Both the position numbers and the translations under genes were made by a program. DNA of 64,000 bases from a virus. Of this stretch, positions 58,510-64,000 are shown piece after piece; positions within the stretch are counted from its first letter, which is position 1, and every line of letters begins with the position of its first letter. The stretch is taken from positions 64,001-128,000 of IMG/VR virus record IMGVR_UViG_3300035670_013228; one strand, given 5' to 3'. A model generated the notes under the pieces. It was not told the DNA's origin. It saw only the letters and a program-made list of their open reading frames with translations, and did no database searches.

Positions 58510-58844
58510 TTCGGTTTTGGAGGTTTTTTTACTCTAGACATACCTTTAGGTAATGGTTTATCACTTACCGTTTGTTTATATTCATTATGTTTATGAGCTA
58601 GATATTGTTTATGATCATCGGTCAGTCTATCTCTATTACGATTTGCTAAGTCTCCAACAGTGCGTAATTCCGAGTCATGTTTTTTAATTGACGAGGATAC
58701 AGAACATATGTCGTCGTGATAGCTTCGTTCTGTTTTTGACGAATCACAAAATACGCATAATGGGCAATCGGTATAATCGGATATATGAAAAAATAATTCA
58801 AATTTTTTACTACATTTATTACAATAATATGTATATGTGGGCAT
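58500..58844 (-). CDS. FmdB-family zinc-ribbon protein
   Basis: MPTY.Y.C.KC...FE...CP.C..C signature. Confidence 0.8.
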   Translation of the reverse strand: MPTYTYYCNKCSKKFELFFHISDYTDCPLCVFCDSSKTERSYHDDICSVSSSIKKHDSELRTVGDLANRNRDRLTDDHKQYLAHKHNEYKQTVSDKPLPKGMSRVKKPPKPKWT

Positions 58845-59443
58845 TATGGTTTCAGTAAATCAAGATAAGAATCAATATATTTCTTCCATTCCTCATAGTC
58901 TGTACTACTGTATATAGTAGTTAACTCCTTTGCTAGAGGCAAGTATCTTAATTCATAAAAAGGTTTTGTAGGCGCGGTAAGTATCTGCATATTAGCTTGT
59001 TCGGGTGTTTTATTAGATTTTTTACGATTGCAATTAATGCAAGCAGTAGTTATATTAGACCAATTTGTAGCAGAACTTTTATTAGAATAGAACTTACTTT
59101 TTGGCACAACATGATCATATGTTAATTCATTATATGAAAATTTTTTTCCACAATACTGACAAGTATAATTATCTCTAATAAATAGATTTTTTCTAGAAAA
59201 TTTTAGAGATCGACTATATATATCAAAGTATTTTGATGTTTTTGCCACCATTGGTACAGAGAATGTTCTTCCATTTGTTCCTTGTATATATTTATCTTTA
59301 TAGTACTCTATGATTTCGATTTTAAAAGTAGGATTATTTTCGTACTTAATAGACCATACTATAGCTTTTTGCCATCCAATAATTCTCAATGGCGAATAGT
59401 CTGCATTAAGTAGTAAACATTTACTATTTTCTGCTTTCTTCAT
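58844..59443 (-). CDS. HNH endonuclease (McrA/HNH_5-like)
   Basis: LLLNADY.P, NLFIRDNYTCQYCG, T.DHVVP and N..TAC..CN.KK motifs. Confidence 0.92.
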   Translation of the reverse strand: MKKAENSKCLLLNADYSPLRIIGWQKAIVWSIKYENNPTFKIEIIEYYKDKYIQGTNGRTFSVPMVAKTSKYFDIYSRSLKFSRKNLFIRDNYTCQYCGKKFSYNELTYDHVVPKSKFYSNKSSATNWSNITTACINCNRKKSNKTPEQANMQILTAPTKPFYELRYLPLAKELTTIYSSTDYEEWKKYIDSYLDLLKP

Positions 59444-60161
59444 AAATATCTAACTTAGCTAAGATTTTTGCTATTATAGGATTGCGAATAATATCATTGT
59501 CTGTTAAAGTAGAAATACCAATACCCTCAACATTAGCAAGATTGGTTATCATCTCATAAAAACCACCCTGTAAATGTCTGGCTAGATCGGATTGTGAAAC
59601 ATCTCCGGTCAATACCATTTTACTGTTTTGTCCAATCCTTGTCAACAACATTTTTAATTGTTCGTACGATGCATTTTGACACTCGTCAGCAACTATAAAA
59701 CTATCATGAAAATTACGGCCTCTCATAAAACCAAGAGGAACAATCTCAATTTTATTGTTGAGTTTTAGCGTTGTATTTAGAGCTTGTCCAATAAAATAAT
59801 TGATTTCGTCTTCTATTGGCAATAGATAGGGAAATAATTTTTCTTCGTATTTACCTGGTAGATATCCTATTTTTTCTCCTGCTTCAACAACGGGTCTTGT
59901 TATGATAATTTTTTTGATTTTGTCTTCTAGCAAATATTCTAACGCTAAACCAACAGCACAATGTGTTTTACCGCTACCAGCACTACCTTGACAAAAAGTA
60001 ATAGTATTTTCTACTATAGATCGTATATATTCTTTTTGATTTTCTGTTCTTGGTTTTAATCTATTCCTGGATGATAATCTTGTATTGTCTTGATTAAGGG
60101 GCGAATTTGTGAGATCAATAATTTTTTCTTTTCTAGTGCTACCATTTTTTTTCTTTCTCAA
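59424..60161 (-). CDS. phoH: PhoH-family ATPase
   Basis: G.AGSGKT, RPVVEAGEKIGYLPG, FMRGR, DECQN and GD..QSDL motifs. Confidence 0.95.
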   Translation of the reverse strand: MRKKKNGSTRKEKIIDLTNSPLNQDNTRLSSRNRLKPRTENQKEYIRSIVENTITFCQGSAGSGKTHCAVGLALEYLLEDKIKKIIITRPVVEAGEKIGYLPGKYEEKLFPYLLPIEDEINYFIGQALNTTLKLNNKIEIVPLGFMRGRNFHDSFIVADECQNASYEQLKMLLTRIGQNSKMVLTGDVSQSDLARHLQGGFYEMITNLANVEGIGISTLTDNDIIRNPIIAKILAKLDIYEESRK

Positions 60162-60219
60162 GTTATGCCCTTTATAATAAGTGATATATTAATAATAACA
60201 TATTAATATACACCATATA

Positions 60220-60585
60220 TCATATTACAAATGAGTTAAGGTCAGGAGCTTTCCATCCGTCTGGTTTTAGTACTTTACCATCTTCTCTCTTTTTTACTTT
60301 TCCTGTAACAGGATCTACTTTAGCGAAATTGGTTTTCATCACTTCATCCCATGCCCCTTGAGCATTGCTGCCTGTGCTGTTTATAGCTCCTGCTGTAACC
60401 ACAATGATATCTATTAAAGCATCTAGTATTTCTACTTTATCTTTATTATGTAGAGCCTCTTGTAATTCCGATACTTCTTCTTTGATAAGAGTATAATACA
60501 TATCTAGTTGAGATTGATTCCATTCGCAAACTGTTTGGTCACAAGCAACCATAAATTTTGTTTGATCTTCAAATACATTTCCCAT
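60220..60585 (-). CDS. MazG-like / PRA-PH nucleoside-triphosphate pyrophosphohydrolase (dUTPase-like)
   Basis: EEVSEL...E.LDAL.D...V...N..K...REDGKVLKP.GW..PDL motif. Confidence 0.85.
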   Translation of the reverse strand: MGNVFEDQTKFMVACDQTVCEWNQSQLDMYYTLIKEEVSELQEALHNKDKVEILDALIDIIVVTAGAINSTGSNAQGAWDEVMKTNFAKVDPVTGKVKKREDGKVLKPDGWKAPDLNSFVI

Positions 60586-60598
60586 TATATATTCTCCT

Positions 60599-62251
60599 TT
60601 AAGATTCGCAATTACTACATGACAAAATATTTCTTGCTAATTCTTGAGCGGGGTTGGCGCTTCGTTGATAATAAAAGGTTTTAATGCCTAATTTCCACCC
60701 TTCTATAAGAAGATCACTAACTTGTTTTGGTGGTATATCTGGACCTATCATTAGATTTAAAGACTGAGACTGATCTATATATTTTTGTCTCTGAGACGCT
60801 TGAATAATAATTTCTTTCTGACTAATTTCTCCAAATGTTTTAAATACTTCTTTTTCATTATCGGATAAGAACTTTAGATGTTGAACAGAACCTCCCTTAA
60901 CGAGAATACTCTTCCAGACAGTTTCGTCATTTTTATTGTATTTTTTAAGAATTTCTTTTAGATGAGGGTTCTTATATGTGAATTTTCCTTTTGCTAAATT
61001 CTTAACAAAATAATTACTATTCAATGGTTCTATGCTAGGACTTACTTGTCCCAATATAAAACTACTGCTAGTTGTTGGAGCAATTGCTAGCGTTGTTACA
61101 TTTCTACGGCCATATCCTTCTAGAATAGGAGCCTCTCCGAATTTTTCTGCTAATTCTCTTGATGCTTTATCTGATCGTTCTCTAATAGTTTGCCACATAT
61201 TAGTATTAATTAGTTTAGCTTGCATACTTTCAAAGCTTATCATTTTGCTTTGAAGATATGAATGCCATCCCAATACTCCCATACCTAATGCCCTATGATT
61301 TAAGGCAAAGTTTCTTGCGCTCTTCATAAAACGAATATTCTCTGTTTTATTTACAAACTCTTGGTTAACGCTATCTAAGAAGTAGATAAGAGTTTCTATC
61401 GCGTCGGTTTGTATAATTTCATCCCAATGAAGTAGATTAAGAGAACTTAGAACACAAACAAAACTATTATTTTCATCTGATGCTAGATTAATTTCTGAAC
61501 ATAGATTGCTACTATTTATTTTTATATTTTTGTCTTTATAAGCTTGCGGAGCATTATTGTTTACAGTATCATAAAAGAATATATATGGATATCCACTCTC
61601 AAATCGTTTTTGAATAATTTTAGCCCAAATTTTTCTTTTGTGCTTATCTCCTTCTACCATACTATGCATCCACTCATCGGTTATTGTAACACCAATACTC
61701 ATATTTTGAATAGGATGACCTTCATTACGAATTTGTAAAAATTCCTCTATATCAGGATGCTCCACCGGCAAGTAGGCCGCAAAGCTTCCTCTTCGTGCCG
61801 ATCCTTGACTAATAACATCTGCTACTTTATCGAACAATTCCATAAAGTGAACAGGGCCGCTACTTTCTCCTCCAACACTAATACTCGCTCCTCGTGATCT
61901 TAATTCTCCGAAATAACCACTAGTACCACCGCCTAATTTGCTCATCATACCAACTTCGGCCACTTTATACAGAATGCTGTCCATTCTGTCGCTGATATGG
62001 GAATTAAAGCAACTAACTGGCAATCCTCGGGAATTACCATAATTAGTCCAAACTGGTGTGGATAATGAGTAAAATCCTAAACTCATATACTTTTCAAATT
62101 TTTCTGCAAAATTTGGAATACCTAATAATTTTTCAGCATTTTGAGATATATTTTTTATTCTATCTTCTGGAGAAACATCTTGTTGAAGATATCCTCTTTC
62201 TAAGAATAGGCGACTATGTGAATTAAGCCAATAGTATGGTTGGGTCGTCAT
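60599..62251 (-). CDS. nrdA: Ribonucleotide reductase alpha subunit, short and without ATP cone (NrdAi/class Id-like)
   Basis: VSCF, SNLCSEI, APTTSS, FYYQRS motifs and C-terminal CSNC. Confidence 0.95.
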   Translation of the reverse strand: MTTQPYYWLNSHSRLFLERGYLQQDVSPEDRIKNISQNAEKLLGIPNFAEKFEKYMSLGFYSLSTPVWTNYGNSRGLPVSCFNSHISDRMDSILYKVAEVGMMSKLGGGTSGYFGELRSRGASISVGGESSGPVHFMELFDKVADVISQGSARRGSFAAYLPVEHPDIEEFLQIRNEGHPIQNMSIGVTITDEWMHSMVEGDKHKRKIWAKIIQKRFESGYPYIFFYDTVNNNAPQAYKDKNIKINSSNLCSEINLASDENNSFVCVLSSLNLLHWDEIIQTDAIETLIYFLDSVNQEFVNKTENIRFMKSARNFALNHRALGMGVLGWHSYLQSKMISFESMQAKLINTNMWQTIRERSDKASRELAEKFGEAPILEGYGRRNVTTLAIAPTTSSSFILGQVSPSIEPLNSNYFVKNLAKGKFTYKNPHLKEILKKYNKNDETVWKSILVKGGSVQHLKFLSDNEKEVFKTFGEISQKEIIIQASQRQKYIDQSQSLNLMIGPDIPPKQVSDLLIEGWKLGIKTFYYQRSANPAQELARNILSCSNCES

Positions 62252-62280
62252 TTAAAGTCCTATAAAACCTGTAGCAGTGA

Positions 62281-63252
62281 TTAAAACAAAGCCTCTATGT
62301 CGAACGACAGAGCTTTCTTAGAGTATTCTACGGGGCGAGAATGGAAGAAATCGGTCATATTGTTACCAAGAATCTGTTCGTCGAACCATAATGTTTTTGA
62401 CAACAATTTTTGATCAATATCAAATACAGGTTCGTATCCTATTTGGCTCAACGATTCATTTAGTCTATTTTTGATGAACTCTTTAAGAAGATCAGAATTT
62501 AGATTTTCTTCTACATAACCATTAACAATCCAGTCAATAATTTCGCATTCGTATTTGACCGCTTCCTTGGATTCGTGAATAATTTTATCTTCTAGTTCTT
62601 TATCAAACAGTTCTGGATATTCTTGTTTAATGGTGTTGATTATTTTAATACCTATCATAGCATGAAGATTTTCTTCTCTACTGGTATATTCAACTTGCTT
62701 ATTTGTATCTTTAAGTAAATTCAGAAATCTACCAAAATAACTAATAGTATAAAATTGAGAAAACAATGCTATATTCTCAACGAATAGAGTAAATAGAATA
62801 AGAGAGTAAATAAATTGTTTTTTGTTATCTTGATGGAATTTATGTAAATGCTTACGAAGATAATTAACCCTGCCTTTGATAATATCTAATTCTAAGATTT
62901 TTTCGAAATTATCATCTATGCCCAAAACTTCTAAAAGTCTTTCATAAGCATCGCCATGAATAACTTCCACATGAGCCATTGTATATCCTAAATCATTCAG
63001 AGATGGATGTGGCAGATTGTCTCCTAGTTTGGCCCAAAATTTCTTCACACTGATTTCTAGTTGGCCTATAGTTGATAGTGCTCGAATTATTATTTGTTTT
63101 TGTTGTTCAGTTAAATTAACCCTGAAATCTTGAGTATCACTACTAAAATTAAATTCTCTGTGTGTCCAAAAGCCATTATGCATAGCCTCTATGAAGTCTT
63201 GTGTCCATGGATAATTATCCGGCTTGCGACTAATTTGCTCATCAAAAATCAT
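62281..63252 (-). CDS. nrdB: Ribonucleotide reductase beta subunit (NrdBi/class Id-like)
   Basis: Ligand motifs QLEISVK, EVIH..AY, VENI and EENLH; C-terminal DFF.SRP.EY. Confidence 0.95.
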   Translation of the reverse strand: MIFDEQISRKPDNYPWTQDFIEAMHNGFWTHREFNFSSDTQDFRVNLTEQQKQIIIRALSTIGQLEISVKKFWAKLGDNLPHPSLNDLGYTMAHVEVIHGDAYERLLEVLGIDDNFEKILELDIIKGRVNYLRKHLHKFHQDNKKQFIYSLILFTLFVENIALFSQFYTISYFGRFLNLLKDTNKQVEYTSREENLHAMIGIKIINTIKQEYPELFDKELEDKIIHESKEAVKYECEIIDWIVNGYVEENLNSDLLKEFIKNRLNESLSQIGYEPVFDIDQKLLSKTLWFDEQILGNNMTDFFHSRPVEYSKKALSFDIEALF

Positions 63253-63264
63253 AATAAGACTCCG

Positions 63265-63402
63265 TTATTTTTTTAGTAGTAAAGACATAAACCCCAACAT
63301 GACCAAACTAGCAAATTCTTTATCGACAGGATTAAAAGTTGGGTCAAAATATATTCTTATCGTATGTATTATAGACACAATATAAAATAGGGTAACTATC
63401 AT
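63265..63402 (-). CDS. 45-aa hydrophobic small protein (not in the ORF track)
   Basis: MIVTLFYIVSIIHTIRIYFDPTFNPVDKEFASLVMLGFMSLLLKK. The ATG overlaps the deaminase TGA (ATGA) and the ORF fills the only gap in the operon. Confidence 0.55.
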   Translation of the reverse strand: MIVTLFYIVSIIHTIRIYFDPTFNPVDKEFASLVMLGFMSLLLKK

Positions 63403-63872
63403 AATACACCAATACTTTGTTTCATCCAATCAAGATTTGGTTGTATGTAAAAAATTTTTATACCACTCATTTTCACAAATTTATCGAATCTTTCCTTTGC
63501 TTTGTTATCAAACAGAACCGTCCCGTGATTATCTATCATATAGACGGTGTCGATGCCTTCTTGCCATAATGCTATAATACAATCATTGCAACATTGACCG
63601 GTAACATATGCTGTTCCGCCATCTGGTCTTACTACGCAATTACTAAGAGCATTTCTTTCGCTATGTACCATCCAATCGTATTTGTCTGGTCTTTCGGTTG
63701 GTAACTGGGAATCATCCAGACCACGAGGAAAACCATTATATCCCACGCCTAAAATTCTATTTTGCTTATCTGTAATCACACATCCGTGTTGGGTGTGTAT
63801 ATCGTGGCTTCTTTGAGAAACTACTTTGGATAGTCCAAGAAAATAATCTGTCCAGTTTGGTCTGTTTTTCAT
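63399..63872 (-). CDS. dCMP deaminase (ComEB/T4 cd-like)
   Basis: RP.W..YF, GYNGFPRG, VHSERNA and CCNDC motifs. The likely start is MKNRP at 63872; the track extends to 63959. Confidence 0.92.
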   Translation of the reverse strand: MKNRPNWTDYFLGLSKVVSQRSHDIHTQHGCVITDKQNRILGVGYNGFPRGLDDSQLPTERPDKYDWMVHSERNALSNCVVRPDGGTAYVTGQCCNDCIIALWQEGIDTVYMIDNHGTVLFDNKAKERFDKFVKMSGIKIFYIQPNLDWMKQSIGVL

Positions 63873-63879
63873 ATAACAT

Positions 63880-63907
63880 ATGATACCGCAGATCACAACT
63901 ATGTCAA
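63880..63907 (-). promoter_or_regulatory. Sigma70-like promoter directly upstream of dCMP deaminase
   Basis: TTGACA (63907-63902), a 16-nt spacer, then TATCAT (63885-63880), 7 nt before ATG63872. Confidence 0.5.
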
Positions 63908-63916
63908 TAGGATCAT

Positions 63917-64000
63917 TTATATTTTTAAAATTGGTTGGTTCATGAAATGATAATGACAAAGATTACCAATATTAGAATATTGTATATTTTTATGACTACC
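63917..64000 (-). CDS. 3' end of a gene entering from the right edge (partial)
   Basis: Open frame GSHKNIQYSNIGNLCHYHFMNQPILKI-stop running off the window; too short to identify. Confidence 0.3.
   Translation of the reverse strand, partial: GSHKNIQYSNIGNLCHYHFMNQPILKI

Noticed and set aside
60161-60235. GGTGTATA as a late-promoter motif
   Set aside because: Too few intergenic occurrences in this window to define a motif.
36839-61738. Short plus-strand or alternate-frame ORFs within the minus-strand operon
   Set aside because: Antisense shadows of well-supported genes.
1-64000. tRNA/rRNA genes, or a eukaryotic giant-virus origin
   Set aside because: There are no intergenic gaps large enough and no cloverleaf or rRNA motifs were recognised. 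DnaE, DnaB, DnaG, RecA, SD sites and sigma70 promoters indicate a bacteriophage.

Overview
AT-rich segment of a large tailed-phage genome (Caudoviricetes, probably jumbo-sized), read in the standard genetic code and arranged as two convergent gene blocks. The + strand (1-36711) is a tail module. It starts with a giant tape-measure-like protein of more than 4,848 aa whose reading frame runs off the 5' edge. This protein carries repeated lambda-gpH-type GG..GTDTVPAMLTPGEFV..GG modules separating enzyme-like cargo domains: HAD, PD-(D/E)XK-like, three HExxH zincins, GNAT-like and SHD1. A YadA-like tail fibre, two paralogous tail proteins, a hub-like protein and a 2,730-aa Cys-rich protein follow. 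The - strand (36704-64000) covers DNA metabolism: a Rad52/Sak-like annealing protein, a NUMOD3-Vsr endonuclease, a 7-gene glycosylation island, SSB, an intein-less split DnaE with a DEDDh exonuclease between the halves, a RecB/Cas4-like exonuclease, dNMP kinase, primase, DnaB, RecA, HNH, PhoH, a MazG-like pyrophosphatase, a class Id-type RNR and dCMP deaminase. Two signals stand out. First, the conserved PHP motif at the DnaE N-terminus (HVHS|HYSLLDG) is interrupted by an 8-nt hairpin-forming insert TAGTGACT, which suggests recoding, bypassing or stop-start coupling unless it is an assembly error. Second, the tape measure looks like a polyprotein effector carrier. SHD1 and YfaP-like domains hint at a Planctomycetota/PVC host. 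All family assignments come from motif recognition by eye; no searches were run.
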